From positions 42,408,001-42,472,000 of the forward strand of contig OZ024756.1 of assembly GCA_964016885.1 (NCBI GenBank): 64,000 nucleotides of DNA, given 5' to 3'. Each line of letters opens with the position of its first letter. Position 1 is the stretch's first letter. The stretch comes from Eledone cirrhosa. Its lineage: Eukaryota. Both the position numbers and the translations under genes were made by a program. Shown here in pieces: positions 44,861 through 60,033 of this stretch. The notes beneath the pieces are model-generated. The model worked only from the letters and a program-made list of their open reading frames with translations. It searched no databases and had not been told where the DNA came from.

Positions 44861-47001
44861 TCAGTATATTGTGAGATTTATGTGTGCTAGAAAAAGAATA
44901 TTTAGTATTTTAAGAAGCAAGATCCAATGTTTCTCCCATAAACTTTACCTATTTCTTTTCATAACAGACCAAAATATCTGGGGTTTACTGAATTGTCTTC
45001 TGCTGATGCAGTAGTCAATATTTATCTGTTCCCTAAAGTTCTAGTGGTTATCCTTGACCGAGAGTAAAGAAGAGTTATGTCTAATGAATATCACTGTGGC
45101 TATAACAAGGGTTTGAACTCGGGGGTTCTGAATCCAGTAATTTAGCAGCTTACTGTTCCAGCCAGTCACTGTGCTTCATTCAGTAAATTGATATTAATCC
45201 TCACTATACATTTCCAAAATAATTTTGGTAGAAACAATTTAAATGTTGACTAACAGTTATATATATATATATATATATATATATACCATATCATATTATC
45301 AAAAGACCACACAATTTTATTATCATCATTCATCGTCCTGCCGCCTCAGTCGAAATAGACTCAGCAATAGATCTCTGTCTGCCTGTAGTTCACTACATTG
45401 CCTAGATCCAGTATAACAATACCAGAGTTTCTGGTTTATGACATCTGGACAAGACAGCTTATGAACATCTTTTGGCTTTTGACAGATGTTGGTTTCCAAA
45501 TCACAAAAGGAGACACAACTTCCTTTGAGGTGTGATGGTAATGGCCTGCAAATCTCACCCTCTTCTTTCACACAGTATCAGAAATATGAAGGAGATCATC
45601 ATATAATTCTCTAAAAACCTCCAGCTTATGTTTTGAACCCAACCAAACAAGGTTGTATACTCTCCATTGTGGTGCTTTTGTTGTTTAATAGTAATCTTTA
45701 GTAAAAGATGAAAGATGTATCCGTTTGTTTAATAGTAATTTAACACTCTTTGCTTGGAAGGCAAAGAATAAAGCAGAAATATATTCAGGGAGATATTTTC
45801 CAGATAATATATTTTGAAAAAGATATTTTCATTAGAAGTGATAAAGTTTTAATCATTGATTCTTTCTACCTTTCAATTTTTACGTGTGTTTTCCATTAAG
45901 ATTTTTTTTTTCAAATATTTTAACGAGATGTTCAACTGAAACTATATATCTAGCTAGTCCACAACAACAATATAACAAGAACAATATATATTATTTTACA
46001 CTGTAATGATTTTTAACTATTCTATTGATGTACTATTTACAAGATTTGTAAACTTGTCAAATTCACAAGTATTTCATCAAAACTTCTGCTCTGATAAATT
46101 ATCAGAAGTCATTCAATTGCAATTTTCTTAATTTATTTTATTTTTGTAATTAGTATTTTTAATTTTTCAGAATTTTCTCTAAATCTTCACAACCACATTG
46201 ACAACACCTAAACAATCACAATATGCTTTGATATCAATAAATCAATAAATCAGTTATTATACAACGCCATTCTGAAACTGTCAGGCAATTGAAAATATTT
46301 CTCCCCTGTTTTTTTTTTTTTCCGATTGCTTTTGCTCATTGCTATCCCAGCAAACCAGAACCAAATATACACACACACATATATATATGTATATATATAT
46401 ATATATATATATAATTGATATGTGTTGTATCAATCTACGTAGTAATGGTAACAGTGTGTGCGAGAGAAAAGAAGAAAGAGATAGGTAGAGAGATAGAGAA
46501 AGAGTGTCAACACAGCACAAAATGGGAAGATATCTTCCTATGTATTAGTATTGTTATAGGATATTATAACAGCATTGTTAAAAATAATTAAAGGGAAAAA
46601 TCTAATGTCTAAAGCCACAGAGTATATTAGAATATCTTTTCCTCTACAACTATTTAGGTTTTCTTTATAGAAGTGTATATACATGTATACTGTGTGTTTA
46701 TAAGTTTAAGATTTTCTTCGCACTAATCCAAATACAATATTTGAAGAACAAACATTTTATTATTTTCAAACTTAAAATATATTACAAATATTTTATATGT
46801 TTCTTTTTTTTTTTTTTTTGCTTAGATTTTTCATGAAAACTAAGAAATATACTGACTAAAATTAAACATTAAAACTGTCTTTGTGAATTGATTTTTCACT
46901 TAAAATAAATGTTTAAAGGTAAAGATACAAAAAATTTCTTACTGAAATAATTATATCAAGGAATATCTACATGTATTTTAGTTTTGTTACTATTATTATC
47001 A

Positions 47002-47045
<44 letters not shown>

Positions 47046-47121
47046 TATATATAGGAAATAACAGAAAACATGAAATATTAAGTCATTTAAATGGTAATGA
47101 TATTTACACAGAAAAAATAAT

Positions 47122-47306
47122 TGTTTCTACTTTTGGCACAAGGCCAGCAATTATCCAGTGCATTACTGGTACTTTATTTTATCGACCCCGTAAGGATGAA
47201 AGGCAAAGTTAACCGTGGCGGGATTTGAACTCAGAATGGAAAGGGCCGTAACTATGCGTCAAAGCATGGTGTCCGACCCTTTACTGATACTGCCAATCAA
47301 CCGCCA
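47122..47306 (-). mobile_element. Young short-form SINE with 16-17-bp TSD
   Basis: TSD tacacagaaaaa(a)taat at 47105-47121 and 47307-47322. Confidence 0.88.
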
Positions 47307-50300
47307 TACACAGAAAAATAATAATTGATAATATGATATGTTGTTTGTACACATTTGTTGTACGGGAGGAGCTTAATGGGAAATTTTTGTATGGAAATCA
47401 TTGAGATATTTTGAGAATAGAAATATGTTGCTTGATTCTAGAGAGAGAGAATTCTAAAATGCCCAGTAGCAAAACATTTAGGAAGTAACAACATTGGATC
47501 CATAAGAATTATTGCTAATACTTTACCGCAATAATTTTTTTGTCTCAGTTTATAATATTTCCTTATTTAATATATATAAACAAAGCGTGTTTAAAAGACA
47601 GAGCGTAATATTTATAAATTGAATTAAAAGCTTTTGCTATATTGTTTTTTGTTCTTACTACAGAAAATAGTCTAATAGTGTTGATGCTGACTTTGTTTCC
47701 ATTCAGGGGCTATGTCCTGTTATTTGACTGTTCTCTGTAGAGAAGAAAATATAGTAAAAGCTTCTCATTCAATTTTTTTAATATATAAAGTAAGAGTGGG
47801 TTTGGCATAGTAAGTAGAATGTAGTAACTAGTGGTTTTGTTAGAGTTTGTGCCGCCTGGGACAGGTTTGTTTTGAGTTCGATGCCCTACTTTCATGAAAA
47901 ACTTCTTTCTTTTTTTTCATTGCAGTAGACTCAAAGTGTCCCCACTCCCTCTAACTCTGCCACTAACAGTAAATAGAATGTTTTACCAAGAAGATAGATA
48001 TGTCAATGAATTACATATCAAAGGACATATTCTACCAGCATTAGCTTCCATTTTGTTTTTAGTTGATGGAATAAGTACTAGTAAAATACACTGATTGAAA
48101 CATTTAGAATTAATTAAACTGCATCTTTAACAAGTCATATTGTTCCTTATTCTAATAGGATCAATTTAATCATTCTTCCTATCAATGTTGACAAAATAAG
48201 TACCAGTAATATTTAGAGGGACAATTCAATCAGTTAAACCCCGCCACTGAAAATGTTTGACCTTCTGCCAATGTACTAAACTACAACCGTCGCATTCAAT
48301 TGAAGATGGTATCAGCATGCTCCATTGGGTTTTAAGTGTCTCTCTAGTTGCAATAAAGACACAAACACCATCTTGACCTAAAGGAACATCCTGAATAGGA
48401 CATCTTGAGGTAGAGTGGGTTTCACTAGCACTCACTTAATACTTCATTTATTGACTCCAAAAGACAGACAGACAAAGTTAATCCAACAAGATTTCAACTT
48501 GGTTAACCATGAGTAGAAACAAATATTGCTTTAAGTTCCATCTCTATCAATGGATTGCTTTGTCTGATAATGTAAGAAGTCATTATTTTAATTGGATTAT
48601 AAAATTCATTGTTTAATTATTAATTCAATTTACAACAGGAAAGCTTTTATTTATGAAGGTTCTTCATAAATTGTTGATCAAAAAAGAATTAGACTATTTC
48701 ATTACATCAATATATCCTGTTCTACACTTTCTGATAATTATACCCCAAACCATAATTATATTGAATAAGAAATGCAATTAGTGATGAGTTATCTTTTGAA
48801 AAATCTTTCAATTTAAAACAGTGAAAAATCTTTCAAAGTATTCTTGTTGGCAGTATGTTATAAAACTTTTTATTAAATTCCAGTTTAGAAATGTTATTAG
48901 TTTTTATTAACATTATTAATCATGAACTTATTTTTGGATCTAATTTTTCCAAAACAAATATCTAAAGAATTTGTTTGTATATTTATAATATTTGTGATTA
49001 ATGGTTTCGGTACTTAGTTGAGGTAAACAAAAAAAAATAATCAGCAGAAAAATGGCCACAAACAAACAATTTCTTATCAATTTTGGCTACAATTGTTTTT
49101 CTTTCTCTAAAAGTAGTTAATGAAATATAATCAAAAAATATTTTTAAAAAACACCCCAAAAAACAATGTAATATATCTTGTAAATGGAATATTTCATTCT
49201 CATAACAAGAATGTTTTTGGTAGTTTGTTGGTTGTGAAATAAATGACAAAGAAATAGCTTCATGATCAATTTCAATACAGAATAAAAACAACGTTTGAAA
49301 CATTTATCACTGGTTCAATATTTTCATGAACAAAATGGTTGATTTCAGTTAACGAAAGGGCGAAAGATAAAACAGAGAAATGGTTCAAAATTGACAATAT
49401 TGTAATAGTGTATATAATAGCTCTTACATATATAATTCTTTTTCATTAGTTTTAAAATGATTTTCTGATTTTAAATATTGATTGACTCACCAAACATCTC
49501 AAGCAGTTGTTTTAGATTGACACAAATGGTAAAAAACCTTGCATCAAATAATTTAAGAAGCAGGAGAGAGATTTTTAAATTAATGTCTTTTGAAATTATT
49601 GTATTGTTATTTTAGACTTGATCAATTTAATTAAAAAATAATCAGTAAATAAATTCTATTGTTGACAGAAGATATAAAGTAACAAAGAAATTACTACTTA
49701 AACAGGGAAATTTATCATTTAATTGAAATTCAATATTTAATGGAATTTATATAAACAGGATAAAAATATATTTATCTAACTAAATTTTAACATTCTGATT
49801 AACCCTTTCATGGCCATAATTCTACTGAAATACATTGTATTTCAATTAATTAATGAAGAACTTTTAGGGTTCCACTAAAATTATTAATTATTTCATAGCC
49901 AAAATAGTAATTTAATGTAAGGTTCTTATATAAAATTATGTTGGAAGATTTTGATTTAAATTGGAAACCTTTAAAATGGGTGATTTTATTTTCTAGAACC
50001 AGAACTGGTTTTGGCTAGTTTTGGGTTAATGGGTTAAAGGGTTAATGCCGTTAAAAGCCATAATTATATTATTCTAAATCTGGCCAAGTTTGAGACCAAT
50101 AATGAAATTATGATCACTAAGTACTACTAATGTTTGATAAGATATTGTTGTGTTTTGACAGAGTCATCGTATCACTATCCTCATTATGTCTGCCATGTTG
50201 GCATAGGTTGGACTCAAATTTGAAAAAAAAACAAAAAACAGAAGCAAAATGAAGATAAATTAATATAAATTAATATTTATCTGGGAAACTAGATGAAAAA

Positions 50301-51282
50301 GTCTGAATGTATGAGTAAAAAAGAGAAACCATAGGAATTAAAGTTTAATATTTTCCTTTACATCTGGAAATTTTATGTAAAAATAATCAAAAGGTTGTCT
50401 TATATGTCAGAACTTACCTCCCCTCAATGCACACCAATTATTTTATCTTCTTTTATAAATTTTTGTTAATCTTTTTTTACCATTACAGACAATCACAATT
50501 TTCTCGGGGTTTTCCTAGTTTGTTTGTTTTATTTTGGAATAATCTATTTGTAATATATTAGCCTTTCAGAATTAATTAATAACATATGATATTTCAGAAG
50601 TAGAGCTAATTTATTTTTATAAATTACTTTGCTTATCTAAACTAATTCATTCGTTGAATATATTTTAATATATTATAATTGCCTGTGAATTAAAATAAAT
50701 CCACAGCACTCGCAGAAATTAATTAACAAATAATTAAAACATTTGTTATAATTTTCAACTGATTAGGAGGAATCTGTAGTTTCTCCAAACACTAGACTAG
50801 TCCCTTCTATTTCCCTCTGAAGAAGAAATTTTATCTTGAAATATTAGGACATATAAATAAATTAAGGTAAAACATAACATCTTGTTTCGTCTAATTTCTT
50901 TGTTCTTTTGTTTCGCATTGTCGTGGCTTTCAAACTTCAAATTCTATATACTTTTAATTAATTAATCTTAACTTAGTGATACTTTGTGGTATAGGTTTAA
51001 TAAATTGACTATTTAGGTTATAATAGAATGTGTTCTTAATTTAAAAAAAATAAAAATAAAAAAGTGAGAGATCAAGTTGTTCTTTTTTTTACATTACTTA
51101 TAAAATGAAGTTGGCTATATTCATCAGTTTTGAACCAAATACCTGAATTTTTATTCTTTCTGTTTTTTTGTTTGTTTGTTTGTTTGTTTGTTTTTCCTTT
51201 TTATTACAGTTGCAACAGAATATTTAAAAAATATTTCTTAGCCAGAATTGCCCTTAGTCGCAGCAATCTTCTGGTATATCTT

Positions 51283-52097
51283 TCATTCCCGTAAAGCCAT
51301 TTCTCGTTCTAATTTCTTTATCTTAAGTTGATGGTATCTTTTCTGAGCTTCCACACGCTGAGAGTCTACACCATAGTATGCCAGTTGAGCCTCTATTCGT
51401 TTTTTCTCCATCTTATATAGATTAGTCTCAGCTTCAATTCTATGTTTATCTGCAACCAAAGTATCAAGTTCTAATTTAGTAACTTCATCCGTTGATTGTG
51501 ATTTTCTTTTTCTTCCTGCTGCAACTGTAAGCCGATTCATTAGAGGAGTTTCATCAAATAGCCGACGAGAAGGTTCTATGATGTCTGGGATATCTCTATC
51601 AGTTTGCATTCCAATTTCATGAGTCCGGAAAAAGTATTCACCAACACCAAAAGTACGCGTTCTAAGGCTTGGACCAACAGACACTTCATGTGTAATGACA
51701 GCTGGTTTCATATATTCGTAAAATCTAACAGGTGATGTCGCTGTGTTGCGTTTTTGACAAACTGACTTAGAATTCATTTCTATTTTCCTGATAGTTTGGA
51801 CTACAGGTGGTCGTTCTGGTAACTTAAAATCAGCAGCCACTGCAATGTCATGAGTTTGTAACTTGGCACTGATGGAAATATCTTTGGTTCTGACAGTTGC
51901 TGTCATAGTGGCAGCATCCTGAGTTATTGGCTTTGTAACACTTGGTGTACGTGGTACTGTTCCTACATCTCGGAATTTAGTTGGCTCAACGTATTCAGGC
52001 TTGCTTTCAATTGTTTGAGTTGAAGCATCATGTGAAATAGGGGTCACTGTTTGTGTACTATCTTCAGTCAGTGGTCCAAGGCCATATTTGACATTAT
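51283..52097 (-). CDS. Terminal coding exon of an unidentified gene: TQT-motif-rich disordered region plus C-terminal coiled coil
   Basis: About 270 open codons of non-repetitive, coding-like composition. Acceptor tttaatttattgcag at 52098-52100 (phase 1) extends the listed ORF by NVKYGLGPLTEDSTQT; TGA at 51283-51285. Confidence 0.8.
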
Positions 52098-52343
52098 CTG
52101 CAATAAATTAAATAAATAAATTAATAAATTAATTTCCACATATAAAAACAAGATAGTACTTCAAACAAATTAGTATGTTAGTAAAGTAAAGGGGAAAGGT
52201 CGCCATTGGTCCTTGAGTGATCCTTTCTGAGGCACAAGCTCAGGCAAGGTGTTTTCGTGAAAGACCTGCTAACGTCCATGCATACCCAACTCCATACACC
52301 CAATGTCGTCCACGGGAAAAACAAAGGCACCAGTAACGTATAT

Positions 52344-52383
<40 letters not shown>

Positions 52384-52717
52384 TATCATCATCATCATCA
52401 TCTTACGTCCGCTTTTCCCTGCTTGCAAGGGTAGGACGGGAACTGATTCTGGCTTGATGTAATATTGCCAGAATTAATAACAGAACACACTCACTGTTTG
52501 GTTGGTTTTCGCTTTACGCTTCTGTGTCCTTTATATCGGTTAATTTAATTTATTCGGTCCTCAATGTTGCCATTGACTGACCAACGGTCATAAATACAGA
52601 TACAATATAGACACAAACACATATATATAGTCTATCAAAGTTCTTTCGTTGCACATCTGCAACATCGTCAGTGGTGCTATTGTTTCCTCCCATTGCAGTG
52701 TATGCTTACACCATCTT

Positions 52718-52758
52718 TTATATATATATATATATATCTATATATATATCTATATCTA

Positions 52759-52831
<73 letters not shown>

Positions 52832-53112
52832 ATATATATATATATATATATCTATATCTATATATATATCTATATATATATATCTATATATATATATATA
52901 TATCTATATATATATATATATCTATATATATATCTATATATATATATATCTATCTATATATCTATATCTATCTATATATCTATATCTATATATATATCTA
53001 TATATATATATATATCTATATATATATATATATCTATATATATATATATCTATCTATATCTATATCTATATATATATATATCTATATATATATATATCTA
53101 TATATATATATA

Positions 53113-53161
<49 letters not shown>

Positions 53162-53308
53162 ATATATATATCTATATATATATATATCTATATATATCTA
53201 TATATATATCTATATATATATCTATATATATATATATCTATATATATATCTATATATATATATATATATATCTATATATATATATCTATATATCTATATA
53301 TCTATATA

Positions 53309-53353
<45 letters not shown>

Positions 53354-53510
53354 ATATATATATATCTATATATATCTATATATATATATATATCTATATA
53401 TATCTATATATATATATCTATATATATATATCTATATATATATCTATATATATCTATATATATCTATATCTATATATATATATATCTATATATATCTATA
53501 TATATATATA

Positions 53511-53569
<59 letters not shown>

Positions 53570-53722
53570 ATATCTATATATATCTATATCTATATATATA
53601 TATATATATATATACCTATATATATCTATATATATATATATATATATATATCTATATATATATATATCTATCTATCTATATATATCTATATATATATATA
53701 TATATCTATATATATATATATA

Positions 53723-53759
<37 letters not shown>

Positions 53760-53941
53760 ATATATATATATATATATATATATATCTATATATACCTATA
53801 TATATATAAAAATATATATCTATATATACCTATATATATATAAAAATATATATATCTATATATACCTATATATATATAAAAATATATATACCTATATATA
53901 CCTATACCTATATATATATATATATAAAAATATATATATAT

Positions 53942-54010
<69 letters not shown>

Positions 54011-54025
54011 TATATATATATATAA
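52718..54025. repeat. (AT)n/(ATCT) microsatellite; further AT tracts at 18015-18700, 54890-55480, 55795-56025, 56395-56690, 57305-57490, 58425-59400, 60035-61244
   Basis: Directly visible dinucleotide tracts; these produce the YI-rich ORFs. Confidence 0.98.
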
Positions 54026-54567
54026 ATCAGGAAAGAAGGTTGACATGGTTTGCTACACAAAAAATGTTTTTAATCTCATAGCTGACAATTGTTTCTCTGA
54101 ACTGGTAGGTCTAGAGATCGCTATTCGCTTGTTTTCACGTTACTCGATCGCCAATACAAAATTATAACCAATCAGTTCTTTGGAGCATGTGAGAATAAAG
54201 AGAATACACAGGCAAGAAAAGAATATACAGGCTACTATATGAAGTTGTAATGGCATTCAGTTAGAACAATAACAACAATTACAACAATGGTATTAATAAA
54301 TTATTTGAGGAGACCCTGAGATTACTTAGGTGGGGGGTATAGTGTATCTAAGATTTTGGCGTGTAAAACTAGCTGACATGAAGCAGAAGTAAAAGTTTGG
54401 CATGTACAGAGTATCGTAGTGTGTATCAATTTTAAATTTTAAAGATAAGGCAGTGTTTACAGTCTTTCTTTTCATCTTCAATAACATACATGAGTGGGAC
54501 AACACTGTCAAAGCTAAATAGTGGGCGAGTTAATACAGAGGTTAAGGAGGTAATATACACATATATT

Positions 54568-54622
<55 letters not shown>

Positions 54623-54662
54623 ATATATATATATATATACACATGCATGTGTTTGTTACCCC

Positions 54663-54713
<51 letters not shown>

Positions 54714-54895
54714 CAATATCGGAGAAAGCTTTTTAGCGATACTCCGGCCAAATTCCAACTCACTCAACAAACATTAGGAAATAAGTGATTATATTCCCAA
54801 TTATGTGTTCGGGGTGCTAACTAAAAGTATTGCGTGGAAAATTGGCTGTATTATTTCAAATGAGACATATCTAATATATCTCTCTCTCTCTATAT

Positions 54896-54966
<71 letters not shown>

Positions 54967-55168
54967 ATATATATATATATATATGAAAATATATATATAT
55001 AAAAATATATATATATATATAAAAATATATATATATATATATAAAAATATATATATATAATATATATATATATAAAAATATATATATATATAATATATAT
55101 ATATAAAAATATATATATATATAAAAATATATATATATAATATATATATATAATATATATATATATAA

Positions 55169-55223
<55 letters not shown>

Positions 55224-55399
55224 AAAATATATATATATATAAAAATATATATATATATAAAAATATATATATATATATAAAAATATATATATATATATAA
55301 AAATATATATATATATATAAAAATATATATATATATATAAAAATATATATATATATATATATATAAAAATATAAAAATATATATATATATAAAAATATA

Positions 55400-55479
<80 letters not shown>

Positions 55480-55480
55480 T

Positions 55481-55795
55481 AAGAATAAGGAGCAGGTATT
55501 GCAATAGCCTGGGATTCAAGGGCCCTCAACTCTTCAACAGGCTGCCGAGGCATCTGAGAGACTTGCATGACGTGGAGGTGGATGTCTTTAAGAAACATCT
55601 CGACACCTTGTTATCCAGGATCCCAGATGAGCCCACAGCAAGACACGAGGGAAACCTAAGGGCAGCAGCAACAAACTCCCTCCTACACCAGTGGCCAACC
55701 TATACAGGCTGGAGATAAAATGTGTAGCAACAAGGGCGGTGCCCCAGCATGGCCTCAGCCGGATAGCTGAAACAGGTAAAAGAGTAAAAGAGATA
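55481..55795 (+). mobile_element. CR1-like LINE 3' end inserted in (AT)n
   Basis: [47 protein letters not shown]...AATNSLLHQ, then tail ggcggtgccccagcatggcctcagcc (same tail at about 23049). Confidence 0.8.
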
Positions 55796-55800
55796 TAAAA

Positions 55801-55831
<31 letters not shown>

Positions 55832-55860
55832 GATATATATATATATATATATATATAAAA

Positions 55861-55965
<105 letters not shown>

Positions 55966-55966
55966 G

Positions 55967-56007
<41 letters not shown>

Positions 56008-56037
56008 TATATATATATATATATATAAAACCATATT

Positions 56038-56103
56038 TATTTCATTATATATATTTCGGGGATATCATATTAACAATATGCTATGCCTTCATCAGACAAA
56101 ATA
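56038..56103 (-). ncRNA. Mirror copy of the 56.2-kb hammerhead motif
   Basis: Exact reverse complement within the perfect 114-bp inverted repeat 56024-56137/56163-56276. Confidence 0.7.
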
Positions 56104-56196
56104 CAATATAAACAGTTTTATAGATAAATAGATTCGACATACAGTTATAACACCGACTTCATTCGAATCTATTTATCTATAAAACTGTTTATATTG

Positions 56197-56262
56197 TATT
56201 TTGTCTGATGAAGGCATAGCATATTGTTAATATGATATCCCCGAAATATATATAATGAAATA
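56197..56262 (+). ncRNA. Minimal type-I hammerhead ribozyme motif
   Basis: TATTTTGT-CTGATGA(56205-11)-A GGCATAGCATATT gtt AATATGATATCCC C-GAAA(56243-46)-TATATATA-ATGAAATA. Stem I of 8 bp (2 GU), palindromic stem III, AUA cleavage triplet. Confidence 0.72.
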
Positions 56263-56418
56263 AATATGGTTTTATAAATATAGTTTTCCATTTATTTAAT
56301 ATTGTAAATATACTCCAAATATTTGTCGAGTGCTTTTATATCAGTTATAAATATTTACTAGTTGTAACCCAACAATTTTAAATATAACTTTCCATATATA
56401 TATATATATATAAATATA

Positions 56419-56460
<42 letters not shown>

Positions 56461-56687
56461 TAAAAATATATATATATATAAATATATAAAAATATATATA
56501 TATATATATATAAAAATATATATATATATATATATAAAAATATATATATATATATATAAAAATATATATATATATATATATATAAAAATATATATATATA
56601 TTTATATATATATATATATATATATAAAAATATATATATATATAAATATAAAAATATATATATATATATAAATATAAAAATATATAT

Positions 56688-57305
56688 ATCATCATCATCA
56701 TCATCATCATCAGGTTTAGCGTCCGTGTTCCACACTTGCATGGGTTTGGACGGGGGTTTTCCCACTTGAGGCAAGAATGGTTGTCTTGCTCGCATAGGAC
56801 TGTCTGGCGGGTTTTCTACAGTTGGATGCCCTTCCTAACACCAACCACATTTACAGTGTGGGGCTGGGAGGTTTTTACCGTGTTGCCTACACGGCCACAT
56901 TTACAGCGTGGACTGTGTGTTTTTTTTGTCGTGACACCTACACGATCTCATTTGTTTCGGCCTGGATGTTGTGGGACCAACATAACTTTACATGAAAGGG
57001 GCGGTGTGGATGGGGTGGAGGTGGTGGGACGGGGGGGTGTTTTGATAGAGATGCTACTGACTGTAGTAGGTTTTTACTTTGTATTTAGGTAAGGCGGGTC
57101 TTCTCTATTACTGAGTACCGCCAAAGGTCTCGGTCCAGTGACATTGTCTTGGAGAGGTGTAAGCGTGTGAGGTCGGAATTTATCAGCTCGTCCCATGTTT
57201 TTCTGGGTCTGCCTACTCCGTGGCTACCGTCTATCTTTATTGCCCTGCACTTTGTTATACAGCTGTCGTCTTTCATGCGCATCACGTGACCGTACCAACG
57301 TAGCA
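56688..57305 (-). mobile_element. RTE-clade LINE 3' end with (GAT)n tail, inserted in (AT)n
   Basis: LRWYGHVMRMKDDSCITKCRAIKIDGSHGVGRPRKTWDELINSDL...DRDLWR, followed by 3' UTR and gatgatgat. Confidence 0.88.
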
Positions 57306-58141
57306 TATATATATATATATATAAAAATATATATATATATAAAAATATATATATATATATATAAAAATATATATATATATATATAAATATAAAAATATAT
57401 ATATAAATATAAAAATATATATATATATATAAAAATATATATATATATATATATATAAATATAAAAATATATATATATAAAAATATATATATTAGAAAGT
57501 GAGGTTTTTTTTACAAAATGAAAAATAACCGAGGTATCCTACACGAGTGAAAGTATAAAGAAAAAAAGATGAAATCGAAAATGCAACTGGAGTCTTATTT
57601 TTTTAAAAATATATATATTTATTTGGTTCCTTTACCGGTTTCGCAGTTCTTCTGCTTTTCAAAAGTAGAGTTGAGATGGAGGGTCTGTGGTTTTTCTCAC
57701 ATCTGGTTGGTCTCTGAATGTTACTTGTTTTATATGGAAAAAGTGGTTCGAAATGCCAGGTTTTTCGAGAAGTAATTTGATTGGTTGGTCAATAATTATA
57801 ATAAATTTCGCGCCAGTTCGCGTTACAATAGTTCTTCAAATAAGAGGGATTGGTTGGTCAATAATTATAATAAATTTCGCGCCAGTTCGCGTTACAATAG
57901 TTCTTCAAATAAGAGGGGGGGGGGGGGGGGGTGTCACAGGTTGTTTTTTCATATATGAGTGTTTGAATTTCTTTTTACTTGAAAAAAGGGGCTCACGAAG
58001 GCTTTTTTAAAAATATATATATATATTTGTTTATAAATATATATATATATATATATTTTTATATATATATATAAAAAATATATATATATATATATATATA
58101 CGATATTAAACAAATGGAAACTATATTTATAAAACCATATT

Positions 58142-58207
58142 TATTTCATTATACATATTTCAGGGATACCATATTAAAAATATGGCATGCCTTCTTCAGA
58201 TAAAATA
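58142..58207 (-). ncRNA. Third, diverged copy of the 56-kb hammerhead family
   Basis: TATTTTAT-CTGAAGA-AGGCATGCCATATT ttt AATATGGTATCCCT-GAAA-TATGTATA-ATGAAATA. Substitutions relative to the 56-kb copy mostly keep or improve pairing. Confidence 0.7.
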
Positions 58208-58461
58208 CAATATATAAGCAGTTTTATAAATAAATTTGACGTACCATAAATATTGAACAACATCCATTTAAGAGGTTGGTTTGGTAGTGAAATGTTTATA
58301 AATATTTAGTGTTAAGCACAGTTAGAAAGAAAGACGGAGAAAAGGAAGAAATGTATGTAAAGAAAAACAGAGAGAGATAGAGAGAGAAATGGGAGAGAGA
58401 AATAGTGAGGAGGTGAAAAATGTATATATATATATATATATATATATATGGAAAGTATATC

Positions 58462-58615
<154 letters not shown>

Positions 58616-58650
58616 ATTTATATATATATATATTTATATATATATATATT

Positions 58651-58770
<120 letters not shown>

Positions 58771-58781
58771 ATATATATATT

Positions 58782-58814
<33 letters not shown>

Positions 58815-58817
58815 ATT

Positions 58818-58870
<53 letters not shown>

Positions 58871-58894
58871 ATATTATTTATATATATATATATT

Positions 58895-59405
<511 letters not shown>

Positions 59406-59599
59406 GATAAATCTACCAAGAGTTTACGGTAGTGTCCAATCCGTGTGAAGAACTCAATGTATTCCAGATATCATGGAAAGAAGAGATGTAATGAAAAATC
59501 ACTTTCGGTGAAAGATAAAACGGTATACAGAGTCAAGATAAAATATTAAACAAATAATGAATAAACAATGAGACAGTTCCTTATATTAAACAAAAAAAG

Positions 59600-59750
59600 T
59601 TCATTATTTAACGATCGTTTCTAGGATATATATGTGTTAGAATTGGCATGCATATTCAACAGATCTATGTACAAAATTATACAAAATTATACAAACTATC
59701 AAGATTAAATATACATACCAACACATATATACGCCGTCTTCAGAAATAAT
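59600..59750 (-). ncRNA. Mirror copy of the 59.8-kb hammerhead motif
   Basis: Reverse complement of the plus-strand motif; stem I 5' strand truncated to ATTATTT. Confidence 0.72.
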
Positions 59751-59780
59751 TTCTGAAGACGGCGTATATATGTGTTGGTC

Positions 59781-59934
59781 TTCATTATTTCTGAAGACGG
59801 CGTATATATGTGTTGGTATGTATATTTAATCTTGATAGTTTGTATAATTTTGTATAATTTTGTACATAGATCTGTTGAATATGCATGCCAATTCTAACAC
59901 ATATATATCCTAGAAACGATCGTTAAATAATGAA
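59781..59934 (+). ncRNA. Type-I hammerhead ribozyme motif with extended stem II
   Basis: Stem I TTCATTATTT(59781-90)/AAATAATGAA(59925-34), perfect 10 bp. Core CTGAAGA(59791-97). Stem II of about 19 bp closing a large loop. GAAAC(59913-17), palindromic stem III AACGATCGTT, predicted cleavage after GUU (59924). Confidence 0.8.
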
Positions 59935-60033
59935 CTTTTTTTGTTTAATATAAGGAACTGTCTCATTGTTTATTCATTATTTGTTTAATATAAGGAACTG
60001 TCTCATTGTTTATTCATTATTTGTTTAATATTT

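Noticed and set aside
50410-50460. Strong minus-strand donor GAG|GTAAGT near 50417
   Set aside because: No coding frame or acceptor could be tied to it; it could be a UTR exon but is unverifiable.
54700-54870. NIGESFLAIL peptide resembling a Penelope linker; similar weak hint near 17220
   Set aside because: Too short and not followed by further collinear motifs.
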